Virus record (IMG/VR): IMGVR_UViG_3300042691_053485
Coordinates: 120,535-184,534 of that record
DNA length: 64,000 nt
DNA from: a virus
Direction: 5' to 3' (one strand)
Made by a program: the position numbers and the translations under genes. Shown here in pieces: positions 28,979 through 39,452 of the stretch (position 1 is its first letter; each line of letters starts with the position of its first letter). Under the pieces are notes generated by a model. It had not been told where the DNA came from and ran no database searches. It was given only the letters and a program-made list of their open reading frames with translations.

Positions 28979-30064
28979 ATGGTTATCTTAATAAGTGAAC
29001 AGCAAATAAAGAAGCTTAAAATAAACGAAATAGATTGGAAAGGGGAATTTGAAGATGTGAAAACGGTTTGTCTCTCTCAAGAAGCAATCGTTGACTATTT
29101 AAATCAAGTCCGAGCCAATGCAAGTAAGGACTATGGCAAAAGAACTAAGTTTGATGTTAAAATGCCCTTCATCCATTCTAAATCCGCATTTTTTAAAGAC
29201 AACCCGGATGCAACAATTGATGTTCAAGCATTTATTGAACGAATTACTACTCCGCCAAAAACAATTATAAGCCAGAATTCAAAAATGAGTAAATCGGGAG
29301 GCAAAAACCAATTTGTATACAACACAGGCATCCCGGCATTTAGAGGAATTGTTTATGATAAGGAACAGGATAAGTTCTTTGTGATTAACACTTGCCCTGG
29401 CGCGGGTTCATGTGTTTCGATTTGCTATGCAAGAAAAGGAAATTATATCCAATATTCACAAGCCTACGATTCTTTTACAAGGAGATTAAATCTTCTCCTC
29501 AACGACCCAACAGCCTATCAAACGCAGTTGTATAATGAATTAAAGGCTCGTGCAACAGAACATAAAGCATTAACAGGTTATAAAAATGAAGTTGTTATCA
29601 GATGGAATGATTCAGGCGACTTTTTCACAAAACGTTATGTTCAAATCGCAAAAGATGTCATTAAAGATTTGCAAGCATCTGGCTATAATGTTATCGACTA
29701 TGCTTATACAAAAATGGCAGATGTTGCAGCCGCAGGAGATTTAGGAAGCACGACATTTTCAATGGGTGCTAATAAGGAGCAGACAAAAAAAGCACAAAAT
29801 ATTTCATCACAAAAACTTTCACTAGTAATCCCAAAAGAACTGATGAGTGGCATTGAAATTCATACTTATGAAGGCGAAGACCAATATAAGCAAAGAGTTT
29901 CAGACTTCTTCTCAATCCCTGTCGAAGAATTGGTTACTTATGATGAATTCATGTCTTCACCAAAAATGGACTACCCATTCTATAATGTAATTGTCACACC
30001 AAATGATGGTGATGATGCAGCCCAAAGACCAGACGTAAAAAGAATTCTTTTATCTGCACATTAA
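28979..30064 (+). CDS. GP88-like (radical-SAM-like Cys cluster) protein with ISE/INE leader
   Basis: CPGAGSCVSICYARKG and IRWNDSGDF. Confidence 0.7.
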   Translation: MVILISEQQIKKLKINEIDWKGEFEDVKTVCLSQEAIVDYLNQVRANASKDYGKRTKFDVKMPFIHSKSAFFKDNPDATIDVQAFIERITTPPKTIISQNSKMSKSGGKNQFVYNTGIPAFRGIVYDKEQDKFFVINTCPGAGSCVSICYARKGNYIQYSQAYDSFTRRLNLLLNDPTAYQTQLYNELKARATEHKALTGYKNEVVIRWNDSGDFFTKRYVQIAKDVIKDLQASGYNVIDYAYTKMADVAAAGDLGSTTFSMGANKEQTKKAQNISSQKLSLVIPKELMSGIEIHTYEGEDQYKQRVSDFFSIPVEELVTYDEFMSSPKMDYPFYNVIVTPNDGDDAAQRPDVKRILLSAH

Positions 30065-30832
30065 ATGAAGAGTGTAATAAAAAAGATATTACAAGAGACT
30101 TTACTAAAAGAGGCATTAATGAGAATTGACTCTGATGTCAATTTGATTTATGATAATTTTTTTAAAAGTGATATTGACACAATTGCATCAACAGGTATTA
30201 TAACTCCTGATATGTTTAAATCAGAAACCACTACTACAGATATCCTTAGAAGTGAATTATGTGTTCAAGCACATAAAATAAATCCCTGTACAATACGGAT
30301 TAATACGCCGGAAAATGGAGTCCATAATGCCTATAAACCTAGTGAAAACTTAATAAGCATAACCATAAATAAAAATGCTGTTAATGTCTCCCTAACAGAG
30401 TTTAATGGTGATGTTCACGCCACTTCAAAAGGATTAGAGCAGCCTGCAAATCGTTTTTTAGCTGAGTTTAGCGAGCATAAGTTAAAAGGTACTATTCATC
30501 ATGAACTTGTACATTGTCTTGATGACTCTTTACATAATTTCCACTTATCAAAAGAGTTAAATATTCCCGGGCGTAAACTATACATTAGGGGAGTTCCTCA
30601 AATGTCAAGCTTTCCTGAAGTCCAAGCCCTTATTCATAATATTCACCAAGCAAAAAATAAATATCAAGATATTTGGGATGAGATTTCATACGAGGAATTA
30701 TTAGATTATGTACCACAATTAGATATAATTAAAAGAAAACTTTATAATGTTGAATATGAAGACTTTTTAAAACGCCTTAAAAAGAGAATGTACAGAGAAG
30801 GACTTTTAGGAAAAAAAATGTACAATTATTAG
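30065..30832 (+). CDS. HExxH putative zinc metallopeptidase-like protein with LQE/LKE leader
   Basis: IHHELVH...E motif; N-terminus MKSVIKKILQETLLKE. Confidence 0.55.
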   Translation: MKSVIKKILQETLLKEALMRIDSDVNLIYDNFFKSDIDTIASTGIITPDMFKSETTTTDILRSELCVQAHKINPCTIRINTPENGVHNAYKPSENLISITINKNAVNVSLTEFNGDVHATSKGLEQPANRFLAEFSEHKLKGTIHHELVHCLDDSLHNFHLSKELNIPGRKLYIRGVPQMSSFPEVQALIHNIHQAKNKYQDIWDEISYEELLDYVPQLDIIKRKLYNVEYEDFLKRLKKRMYREGLLGKKMYNY

Positions 30833-30856
30833 AACTTTTAGCATATAAATAACGTT

Positions 30857-30890
30857 AAAGGATGCAGCAAACTAAAGCTACATCCTTTTT
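30857..30890 (+). terminator. intrinsic terminator-like hairpin
   Basis: AAAGGATG...CATCCTTTTT. Confidence 0.55.
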
Positions 30891-30892
30891 CT

Positions 30893-31705
30893 ATGATTAA
30901 AAAAGTTATCCATACCGCAGATTGGCATCTTGAGCCCAAGAAAAATCATGAGAAGTTTAATGATGCAATCGACAGTTTTATTTCAACAGTACAATTACAT
31001 ACCAAGGATTGTACTCCGGAAGAAGTTCTTATTGTTATTGTTGGAGATTTGTTTGATAATACTTCCAAAGAACCATCAAACGAAGCCTTCATCATTATGT
31101 TTGATGCACTACATAAGATTTCCTCACATTGGAAAACTGTAATCTCTATTGGGAATCACGATTACGACATTAGGAACCCAGAAAAGATGGATTATATAAC
31201 GCCCTTATACAACGCATTTGTTAAATTAGGGTGGAGAAATATAAAATATATGAAGTCTACAGAAGATTACGAGATTGAAAATCTAATCTTTAGCAATTTC
31301 TCAAATCATGATAGGGGGATACCTAATCCTCCCAAGTCGAATAAAACAAAGATTGCCTTATTCCATGACCCAATTATGGGGGCAATTAATTTTGAAGGTT
31401 ATGATTTAACAGAGGGACATAATCGCTATGATGTTTCAATTTTTGAAGGATTTGATATTGTAATGATGGGTGACATCCATAGACATCAACAAATCCCTTA
31501 TGAAATCCCTGTAGTTTACTCAGGAAGTTTATTCCAAGTTAACTCCGGGGAGTCTGTAAACGGTCATGGGTTTGTAATGTGGGATTTAGATAATTACACT
31601 TATAAGTTCATTGAGGTGGAAATAAACCATGGAATATATAAGATAACGTCTGATACATTTCAAGATGTAATTTCAGGCAATTTCAAAATCAAAAATCTTA
31701 AATAA
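30893..31705 (+). CDS. SbcD/Mre11/gp47-like recombination nuclease
   Basis: HTADWH, VGDLFD, GNHD, GDIHRHQ and YSGSL motifs. Confidence 0.9.
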   Translation: MIKKVIHTADWHLEPKKNHEKFNDAIDSFISTVQLHTKDCTPEEVLIVIVGDLFDNTSKEPSNEAFIIMFDALHKISSHWKTVISIGNHDYDIRNPEKMDYITPLYNAFVKLGWRNIKYMKSTEDYEIENLIFSNFSNHDRGIPNPPKSNKTKIALFHDPIMGAINFEGYDLTEGHNRYDVSIFEGFDIVMMGDIHRHQQIPYEIPVVYSGSLFQVNSGESVNGHGFVMWDLDNYTYKFIEVEINHGIYKITSDTFQDVISGNFKIKNLK

Positions 31706-34336
31706 ATGATGAAACTGAAACAAAACTCAAAGATTATTTTTGAGTGGAAGGATTACCCTCATGTGATGACTAAGGCTAAAGAAAATGAGATAAAAGCAAA
31801 AGTCGCTGAGAAATATGGGATAAGTAAATCACAAGTTGAAGTACAAAGAATCTATCTGAAAAGAAATGATACTGGGGAGCGAATTTCGACATCTATATTA
31901 GAATCTATCCTTGATGCTGATAAGCTCCGAAAAACTTACATCGATTATTTAAATACCCAAGGAATAAAAATTTCCCCGGAAGATTTTTTCAAAATTGATG
32001 AAGAGGTTATCAAAAATATCTCAACCACAAATGAAGCTTCAGTAAATCGAAGATATAGGATAACTAAAATCAAAGGAAAAAATATTTTTTCGTATGGAGA
32101 TTTTGAAAGGACTTATGACACTGATGGTATAACCCTTATTGAGTCTAATCCCCCAAATATGGGTGGTAAAACTTCTCTTGCGAGAATGGGTGCTTTTTTA
32201 CTGTATGGGAATAAAATAAAGTACGGTAGAAAAACTGCAATAACATTTGCAGATGTATTCAACCTATTCACTGAAGATAACCTCGCTTATATACAAGGAG
32301 AGGTAGAAATTGGAAATGATGTTTATTTCCTTAAAAGGGAATTAAAAAAAAGTAAAACTGGTACTATATCCCATAGTTTCAACCTTTACATTGCAGATGA
32401 ATCAGGGGAATTCAATCAGGATTTCGGTAGAAATGCAATTTCGTTGAATCATAAAGATGCCCAAGCAACACGAAAAAAGTTTGAATCTGTCATAGGAACT
32501 TTTGAAGATTATTTATTTTCTTCATATTACGAAAGTCAAAATATTGAGAAGTGGCTTGAAACTTCAGAAACAGAAAGATACCGCCTTTTTTGTGAATATC
32601 TTGGGCTTGGATTACTCGATGAAAAATATCAAATTTCAAGCAAGATGCTCAATAGCCATGTAAAAACAGGCTTGATGAGTAAATTCAGCATACAAGAATT
32701 GCAAACACAAATTGAACAATCGGCAACAAGGATTGTTGAAATTGAAGGGCAAAAGGCAGATTGTGAACTTGAAAAGCTTTCTATTTTGGCTATGATTGAT
32801 GCAAATAGGAAGATTATCAATGGGCTTCAAGCAGAAAAGCTCGGTATTGATAATCGAATCATAAATGTAAATGAGGAAGACATCAAAAAACGAATATCGG
32901 ATATACAGTTAAAAATCGGAGCAAAAAATACTGAAGTTGAAAGTATTTCAAAAGAAATTGAAAGACTTTCAAAGGAGTTTTCTGAATTTTTGACTAAAAT
33001 AGGAAATGAAACCTTAGATAACCTAGATGTTAAAATTACCGAAAGAATTAAATCGGCTAACGAAAGAATTGCTGAAATTTCTAAGGAGATGCACGAAAAG
33101 GAAGCGGCACTCCTGAACATTATTCCATCACCTAAGCTAAATGAGGCAAAGGTCGCGATTAAAATGCAAATTGATGAAAGAAGAGCTGAATATCAAGTTT
33201 ATTTGACAGAAAAAGTAAAACTTGAACAGGAGCTCAAGAAGCCTTTTCCAAAGGTTACTTGTAGTAAATGTGGGCATGAAGAAGATGGTAAGAGGGAAAA
33301 AATGTTGACTGAAAATAAAATTTCTGAATTAACAGGAAAGCTCTCCTTATTTGAGCAAGAAGCTGTGCGACTAAAGGAGCGTTCACTCCAAATTGATAGA
33401 GAAATCGAACTAGACATTCAGCAAACCCAAAAGAGGATTACCCATGAAATCGTAACGATTAAAGAAAGTTCAGAAGGAGAAAAGAGGAAACTCAATGAAT
33501 TGCAAGTCAAGCTCCAGACGTTGGCTCATTATAAGACGATTCCTGAAAAAATATCGGCTAATGAAAGTTCTAAAGAGTTAATTATGGAAACAATTGAACT
33601 TTTGAACAGTGAATTATCAGGTCAACAACATTTAGCGCAACTTTTGCAAAACTCTAAACTTCAATTGGAACATAATGCTTCGTTAGATAGTCAAATAAGC
33701 AGCGTGGAATTAGAAATAAAAGAATCTACTATTAAAATTTCTAATATTGATAAAAAAATATTTGATTTATCATCGGAGCTTAAAGTTGAAGAATATAAAA
33801 TTTCCGCTACACAAGACAACATAAAAACAATACAGGAAGAGATTGTAAAAGAAAGAAGTTTAAAGGCTTATGTACAAGTGCATAGTGATGAAGGATTAAG
33901 CAAATTCATTATCATGTCCATTTTACCTCAAATCAATTCTGATTTAGATGAGATTTTAGATGGCACAGATTTTAAACTTTCTGTTGATTATAATGAAAAG
34001 GGCATAAGATTTGTTATCGAAAGAGAAGGTCGGAAATATAACCTATATCAAGGGTCAGGATTTGAAAAAACTGTATCATGTTTAGCCTTACATTGCGTCA
34101 ATGTTCGGATGACCAATCTACCGATTTCAAACTCACTCATACTTGATGAAATATTTGGTGGTGTTTCCTATATAAACCTTGATAAAGTCGAAGGAATTTT
34201 GAGAAAATTATGCGAAGTTTTCGATAATGTCGACCTTATTACTCACACAATGCCCGAAGGATTCAGAAAAATTTCTGATACAATCTTGAGGGTGGAAAAG
34301 AAAAACAATAAATCCGCCTTATGCAAGGCTTTATAG
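31706..34336 (+). CDS. SbcC/Rad50/gp46-like ATPase
   Basis: Walker A NMGGKTS, coiled coil with CSKC zinc hook, GSGFEKT signature, LILDEIFG Walker B. Confidence 0.9.
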   Translation: MMKLKQNSKIIFEWKDYPHVMTKAKENEIKAKVAEKYGISKSQVEVQRIYLKRNDTGERISTSILESILDADKLRKTYIDYLNTQGIKISPEDFFKIDEEVIKNISTTNEASVNRRYRITKIKGKNIFSYGDFERTYDTDGITLIESNPPNMGGKTSLARMGAFLLYGNKIKYGRKTAITFADVFNLFTEDNLAYIQGEVEIGNDVYFLKRELKKSKTGTISHSFNLYIADESGEFNQDFGRNAISLNHKDAQATRKKFESVIGTFEDYLFSSYYESQNIEKWLETSETERYRLFCEYLGLGLLDEKYQISSKMLNSHVKTGLMSKFSIQELQTQIEQSATRIVEIEGQKADCELEKLSILAMIDANRKIINGLQAEKLGIDNRIINVNEEDIKKRISDIQLKIGAKNTEVESISKEIERLSKEFSEFLTKIGNETLDNLDVKITERIKSANERIAEISKEMHEKEAALLNIIPSPKLNEAKVAIKMQIDERRAEYQVYLTEKVKLEQELKKPFPKVTCSKCGHEEDGKREKMLTENKISELTGKLSLFEQEAVRLKERSLQIDREIELDIQQTQKRITHEIVTIKESSEGEKRKLNELQVKLQTLAHYKTIPEKISANESSKELIMETIELLNSELSGQQHLAQLLQNSKLQLEHNASLDSQISSVELEIKESTIKISNIDKKIFDLSSELKVEEYKISATQDNIKTIQEEIVKERSLKAYVQVHSDEGLSKFIIMSILPQINSDLDEILDGTDFKLSVDYNEKGIRFVIEREGRKYNLYQGSGFEKTVSCLALHCVNVRMTNLPISNSLILDEIFGGVSYINLDKVEGILRKLCEVFDNVDLITHTMPEGFRKISDTILRVEKKNNKSALCKAL

Positions 34337-35649
34337 AACTTGAAAAAAAATACCTTCCAACGATTGATTTGAAATTACGGAGGGAGTTTCCTGAAATTTT
34401 CAAAAGAAAAGAAACAGGGAAAAGAAGAAAAGTGCAAAACCTCACGGAAACAGAAACCGTGAGGCTTTTTGCCTTGTACAAATCAGGAAACGAACAGGCG
34501 AGTAATAAGCTGATACTTTCACAACTAAAACTTGTGTACTTATACGCTAAAAAGTTCCATTTATCGTTAAACGGAACTGCACTTCCGGAAGATGACATTG
34601 TTGGGTTTGCTAACCTAATTTTGCTTGAAATTTTACCGGAATACGAGCCATACATGAACGGTAAATTTTGCTCGCTCGCATCATATATAAGGACATGGCT
34701 TGAATACAACCTGTTAGCAAAAATTAAGGAATATGGTCTTGTGGTTAGACTGCCAACAAATAAAATATCTGAGCTTACACTTAGAAAACGTTATTTGGGA
34801 CATTACGTTCAGAAGCATAATGAGCAACCTGGGCATGGAGACTCAATAGAAATCTTTGAGAAGGGAGAACACCGAAAAATTGTGTTCAATCTATTAGACC
34901 AAACGATTGACATTTTCGTCAAACAAAATAACACCTTTGAATTTAAAAAGAGTGTTAATTACGACCTTAATGAATGCTTTGAAATCATCTCAGGGAATAA
35001 TACAATTCTTGACAATGAAGATGAAACATTAGAATATTTTGATTGCTTTGCAAGCGATAACACTCACGTTTTCGAGGATGAGTTTAAGGTTGTTTCTAAA
35101 GAAATTAATAAGGTTCTTGATAGCTTGCCGCTTAGAGAGCAAGAGTCTGTTAAACTTTTTTATATCGACAATGAGCAGCTAAAAAGCATCCCTTGTAAAT
35201 TAACTCCTAATTTTGAAAGCAGCAGTGAAACAAGAACATTACAAAAAAGCTCTTTGAACAGGATTGAGATATTTATAGAGGGCGAAGAATCCATTTCATA
35301 CGAATTCACATCGAACTATCATGTTAAATCTGAAGAAGCAACAGGTGAGATTAAAAGTAAATGTTTAACACCATTATTTGGACGAGAAACAGTGTATAAA
35401 ACTTCAGCAGAAGACTTTGAGTTTTCATTTGAAATGATGAAGCCTCTAAAGAAAATTAAAATTGTTCATCAGACAGTGAAAGATTCTAAAGAAGTTCAAT
35501 ATAGTATCACAGGAAATATATTGCAATTCAGTGTTGATTTTCAAATGGGATATATATTCACCCCACAAACATTCCTCAATAACATTGAGGCAATTTTATC
35601 AAAACTAAGAAGAAAACTTATTCACCTTCAAGACATCATAAAAGAATGA
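34321..35649 (+). CDS. sigma-70-family RNA polymerase sigma factor with large insertions
   Basis: Region 2 (ASNKLILSQLKLVYLYAKKF...SYIRTWL...VVRLPTN). The region-4 start LDSLPLREQESVKLFY is followed by roughly 110 extra residues. Confidence 0.75.
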   Translation: MQGFIELEKKYLPTIDLKLRREFPEIFKRKETGKRRKVQNLTETETVRLFALYKSGNEQASNKLILSQLKLVYLYAKKFHLSLNGTALPEDDIVGFANLILLEILPEYEPYMNGKFCSLASYIRTWLEYNLLAKIKEYGLVVRLPTNKISELTLRKRYLGHYVQKHNEQPGHGDSIEIFEKGEHRKIVFNLLDQTIDIFVKQNNTFEFKKSVNYDLNECFEIISGNNTILDNEDETLEYFDCFASDNTHVFEDEFKVVSKEINKVLDSLPLREQESVKLFYIDNEQLKSIPCKLTPNFESSSETRTLQKSSLNRIEIFIEGEESISYEFTSNYHVKSEEATGEIKSKCLTPLFGRETVYKTSAEDFEFSFEMMKPLKKIKIVHQTVKDSKEVQYSITGNILQFSVDFQMGYIFTPQTFLNNIEAILSKLRRKLIHLQDIIKE

Positions 35650-35915
35650 AAAACCTAAATACAATACTACTTAGTGTCTGCTTAATCTTGACGCTTGCAA
35701 ATGGTTGCATGACCTGTACAAACAAAAAGCAACTTGAAGAAGTCGCGACACGGAATAAAAAAGAGATAAAGAAAGCAATCGATAGCGTTTCAGCAGCCCA
35801 AAGCCAACTCATTCAAAAAGAGATGGAACTTATGCTTATAATAGAAAACGAGGTCGATGGTAAAAACAAAAAGTCCCACGAATTAAAGGCAATTGTCAAT
35901 GAAACTAGGAAATAA
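35646..35915 (+). CDS. secreted/lipoprotein-like small protein (possible lysis accessory)
   Basis: N-terminal hydrophobic segment ending near ANGC, then a coiled coil. Confidence 0.5.
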   Translation: MKNLNTILLSVCLILTLANGCMTCTNKKQLEEVATRNKKEIKKAIDSVSAAQSQLIQKEMELMLIIENEVDGKNKKSHELKAIVNETRK

Positions 35916-36777
35916 GCACAGTTTTTTAACACAAACATTATTCATCCTAGCCATACTAATTTTTGCAATCACTTCACTAACACACGTTGCTGTTTTTTGG
36001 GGGGTTGCAAATTCATTTTATATTTCTGCAATAATTGCTATTGCAACCGGGGTGAGTATAATCGCATCTCTCTTATCGACCAAATACACGAAATTAACAT
36101 ATTTAAGTTTTCTAATTGTAGTGATTATCGAACTTGTTGGTAATATCTATGCTTGTTTTGTTGAAATTGATGTGAACAGTGAAGGATTCAAAGCATGGAA
36201 AGAATTGACTGCCCCAATTTTTGAAGCAATTTTTTCTAAAGATGAAAATGGGGTGATTCCAGATGTCACATTTAAGCGGTCAATAGCGATATTACAAGGC
36301 TCACTAATTCCAATACTGTTATCCATCCTATTTCACATGTATATGGTTGTCAGGGAGCGGGTCGCTACATCCATTAAACGTGAAAAATCAGAACAAGATG
36401 ACCCCCCAAAAGAAGACACCAATATTGTTGTGCAGGAGGATGAACTAGTAAAAGAAGTAGTCGTTGAAGAACCTTCAGAAGAATTGGTAGAACAAAATGA
36501 AGTTATAACTGAACAAAATAATGAAGTTCCTGAAGAAATCATAACACCTGATAATTATTTAGAAGTATCAACAGAAGATGAAACTTCTTTGGAGGTTGAA
36601 AAGCTAGCAGAGCCGGAAGCAGCGGTAACAAAGCCTGAAGAAATTGTTCAGATAGTTGAAGAACCAAAAAAAGACTCTGAAGTTGTAATCGAGAATAAAT
36701 TAGCCGGAAATCAAAAGGTAAATGTATTAAGAAATGATGAGATGGGGACAATCATATTAAAACCAGATAAAAAATGA
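35893..36777 (+). CDS. multi-pass membrane protein with acidic C-terminal tail
   Basis: About four hydrophobic segments followed by an E/V-rich tail. Confidence 0.7.
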   Translation: MSMKLGNKHSFLTQTLFILAILIFAITSLTHVAVFWGVANSFYISAIIAIATGVSIIASLLSTKYTKLTYLSFLIVVIIELVGNIYACFVEIDVNSEGFKAWKELTAPIFEAIFSKDENGVIPDVTFKRSIAILQGSLIPILLSILFHMYMVVRERVATSIKREKSEQDDPPKEDTNIVVQEDELVKEVVVEEPSEELVEQNEVITEQNNEVPEEIITPDNYLEVSTEDETSLEVEKLAEPEAAVTKPEEIVQIVEEPKKDSEVVIENKLAGNQKVNVLRNDEMGTIILKPDKK

Positions 36778-37361
36778 TGATAAACACCGAGAATAAAGTG
36801 AATACCTCTAACTATGTAAGAGTAATTAGCGAAAAGAAGCAGATTATTCTCGGAAACTCTTATTCATATAATAAAGAAGGGGTTTTAAAAATGGTTAACA
36901 GGGATGGCGGTAACTTTAATAAAGTTCCTCATTTTACGATTATGAAAAATGGAGAAATACTCCAACATTTTGACATAAAGTATTATTCCTACTATTTAGA
37001 TAACGAGCATTCAAAAGATGTCATATCCATAGCTATTCAAAATATGGGGCTACTTTTTGAAAATAAATCAGGGTTAATGGATATGTACAATAACACCTAC
37101 CAGGGTGAGGTTATTGTACGACCTTGGAAGAATGGAAATTTTTGGGAACCCTACACAGAATACCAATTAGATGCTGCAATTTTCCTTTGCAAGTATTTAT
37201 TAAGCGAAGCAAATATCAATAAAGCTGTTGTACATTCAAATGTACAAAAGGCTGATGTTTCAAACTTCAAAGGTATTTGCTTTAGGAGTAATTATGACAG
37301 CAAACATTATGACATTTCCCCTGCTTGGGATTTTGAAACATTTAAAAAAGCAATAGAATGA
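36774..37361 (+). CDS. Amidase_2-like N-acetylmuramoyl-L-alanine amidase, possibly degenerate
   Basis: VPHFTIMKNGEILQHF, ISIAIQNMG and YTEYQLDAAIFLCKYL; the first zinc-binding His is not evident (IILGNS). Confidence 0.6.
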   Translation: MMINTENKVNTSNYVRVISEKKQIILGNSYSYNKEGVLKMVNRDGGNFNKVPHFTIMKNGEILQHFDIKYYSYYLDNEHSKDVISIAIQNMGLLFENKSGLMDMYNNTYQGEVIVRPWKNGNFWEPYTEYQLDAAIFLCKYLLSEANINKAVVHSNVQKADVSNFKGICFRSNYDSKHYDISPAWDFETFKKAIE

Positions 37362-37774
37362 TACTTAATGAACATGATATGACCCGAATGATGTGTAAAC
37401 AAATTATCGGGTTTGGTAAAAAAAAGCTCAACGAAAATAAGGTCGAGTTTAGCACAGATGATGAACTGATTTCGGGGTTCATAACAGACATATCAAAGCA
37501 GATTGGCTCTGTTAATGCTGCCTTCGATAGTTTATCTTATGATGAAACAAATCAAAGGGTGCAATGGTCCGGCAAAATTGCAGGGGAAGTTTCATGGGCT
37601 GTTATTTATTCGAATAACGAAGACAATGGGGTTTATTATACTGTTGATAATGCAAAACTATCAAGTAATGTCACAAGAGCCCTACACAAACTAAACTTGT
37701 ACTTTGAAACTGTTTGGTTCTCTGCAATAAGAGATGCAATTTTAAGAAAAGAACTCACAAAAACTGATAAATAA
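37358..37774 (+). CDS. hypothetical protein with LNE leader (putative head protein)
   Basis: MILNEHD...KKKLNE. Confidence 0.65.
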   Translation: MILNEHDMTRMMCKQIIGFGKKKLNENKVEFSTDDELISGFITDISKQIGSVNAAFDSLSYDETNQRVQWSGKIAGEVSWAVIYSNNEDNGVYYTVDNAKLSSNVTRALHKLNLYFETVWFSAIRDAILRKELTKTDK

Positions 37775-37776
37775 AG

Positions 37777-37784
37777 ATATTTAT
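37777..37784 (+). promoter_or_regulatory. putative late promoter motif ATATTTAT
   Basis: 7 nt upstream of ATG 37792. Confidence 0.5.
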
Positions 37785-37791
37785 TATTAAA

Positions 37792-39009
37792 ATGAAAGTT
37801 TCCTGTGAAAAAAATCCGAGAGGATGCAAGATTGAAATCGAAATAAACGGCTGCTGTTATACAAAATCTTTATCAACAAAAGAGCTTGAAGTATTCAAGA
37901 AAGCATCAGTTGCGGTACAAGATGATATGATTGCAGATGCGAAATGCACGGAACAAAAGAAGAGAGTGCCGAGCGAATTAGGGAAAGTTACAGAATATAA
38001 AGCGGATAAAGATGTCATCCTAAAAAAAATAATGAATAAGCTATCAATTAAGGAGATGACAACTTCTGCATCATCCGGAGCCTTTGAAACCCCTTTTGCC
38101 GTTTCAAAACAGGATATGAAAACATTGGAAAACCTAAAAGAACATAAAATGAGAAAACAAATAACCCTTGAACAAATTGAACAAGTAATCAAAGCTACCT
38201 TGATTCAAGAGGAAGTATATAGTGAAAAGCCAATCGAAGAGAAGGGTAAACAAATCTCTTCTAAAAACATTCAACAACCCAAAGGATATAAAACTTCACC
38301 TTCAGGGAAAAACACCGAGAAATCAGGAAAAGAATCAAAATCCGATGTTGATTCAAGAACGAAAAAAGTCAATGCCTCGACAAAAAACAACCTAAAAGAT
38401 AAACAGGTTGAAAAAAAGAGCAGAACCCAAACAGCGGATGAGCGAATTGAGGCACACCAAAACGGTATGGAGGACATCACTTATGACAGCATTAGTGACA
38501 ACCAAAAAAAGAAGAACAAGGAGGCAATTGAGAAGGGCGGAAAGGTTGGAGAACAGATGGTGAGTGATGCTAAAAAGAGAAAAGAATCAAAAGATAAGTC
38601 AGAAGTGAGAAAGGCGAAAGTATTTGGTAAAGATGTTGAATTTGCACCAAATATAAAAGATGATAAGAAAAACGGTAAAGACCTTGCATTTGAAAATACG
38701 CTAAAAAAATACACCTTTAAGAAACTGTTCAAAAACGAAACCGACATGATTAGTAAAATACCTTCAAAATGTAAGGTTAATGAAAATCAATTCTTTGTTT
38801 CTGATGGATTGGACACATATAAAATTCTTTGGGAAGGTGGTGTGAATGGTCTTCCAACTATCATGGAGCATAAAAATCCTGTTAAAAGAATACAACTCGA
38901 AGAGAAGTTTAAAAAGATAGCGAATATTCAAGAACAGGAGACGAAACAGCCTGTCCTGAATGAGAATGAGATGTTCAAAACGCTCCTCAACGCTTCAAGA
39001 AATAAATAA
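37792..39009 (+). CDS. charged low-complexity putative prohead core/scaffold-like protein
   Basis: K/E-rich with several I/L-x-E sites (SIKE, LIQEE, VLNE). Confidence 0.55.
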   Translation: MKVSCEKNPRGCKIEIEINGCCYTKSLSTKELEVFKKASVAVQDDMIADAKCTEQKKRVPSELGKVTEYKADKDVILKKIMNKLSIKEMTTSASSGAFETPFAVSKQDMKTLENLKEHKMRKQITLEQIEQVIKATLIQEEVYSEKPIEEKGKQISSKNIQQPKGYKTSPSGKNTEKSGKESKSDVDSRTKKVNASTKNNLKDKQVEKKSRTQTADERIEAHQNGMEDITYDSISDNQKKKNKEAIEKGGKVGEQMVSDAKKRKESKDKSEVRKAKVFGKDVEFAPNIKDDKKNGKDLAFENTLKKYTFKKLFKNETDMISKIPSKCKVNENQFFVSDGLDTYKILWEGGVNGLPTIMEHKNPVKRIQLEEKFKKIANIQEQETKQPVLNENEMFKTLLNASRNK

Positions 39010-39011
39010 GC

Positions 39012-39419
39012 ATGGATAAAAAAACATTTGTTGAAAAGAAAATCTTTTACCCCCGTGCGGAGCTTGTAAAAGATTTTCTTTTTTCGATATTGGACACTGT
39101 TGAAAGAACTTATCTTGGTGATGAGCTCATGAATGAAACCAATCAACAAGAACATTTTGAATACTGTTTATCAGAAGTAATAAATAACTTCTCAAATGAA
39201 GGTATTGTGCTTCATAAGAATCTCGGATTCCAAAAGAAGCTATTTGAGTACTTCAATAAATTTTATTACTCTCAGAAGAAATCCAAACAAACTTTTGATG
39301 ATTTCAGGGCTAGGATAAATAGCACATTCACAATCACTCAATTCAAGTCAAATAATAATTTGGATGAGTTAGTTTCCCTTTATAAAAATTTTGATGAAAA
39401 TTTAGGAGTTTTTTTTTAA
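39012..39419 (+). CDS. hypothetical protein
   Basis: 135-aa ORF. Confidence 0.7.
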   Translation: MDKKTFVEKKIFYPRAELVKDFLFSILDTVERTYLGDELMNETNQQEHFEYCLSEVINNFSNEGIVLHKNLGFQKKLFEYFNKFYYSQKKSKQTFDDFRARINSTFTITQFKSNNNLDELVSLYKNFDENLGVFF

Positions 39420-39452
39420 GAATCCAAAGAAAAAAATCATATTAACATAAAA

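Noticed and set aside
30857-30890. Fourth CAGCAA unit (GGATG-CAGCAA...)
   Set aside because: Here the hexamer is part of a stem-loop followed by a T run between two genes, consistent with an ordinary terminator, and it lacks the upper stem.
35190-35560. Intein within the sigma-factor insertion (segment starts near a Cys)
   Set aside because: No C-terminal His-Asn followed by Cys/Ser/Thr, and no recognisable intein blocks.
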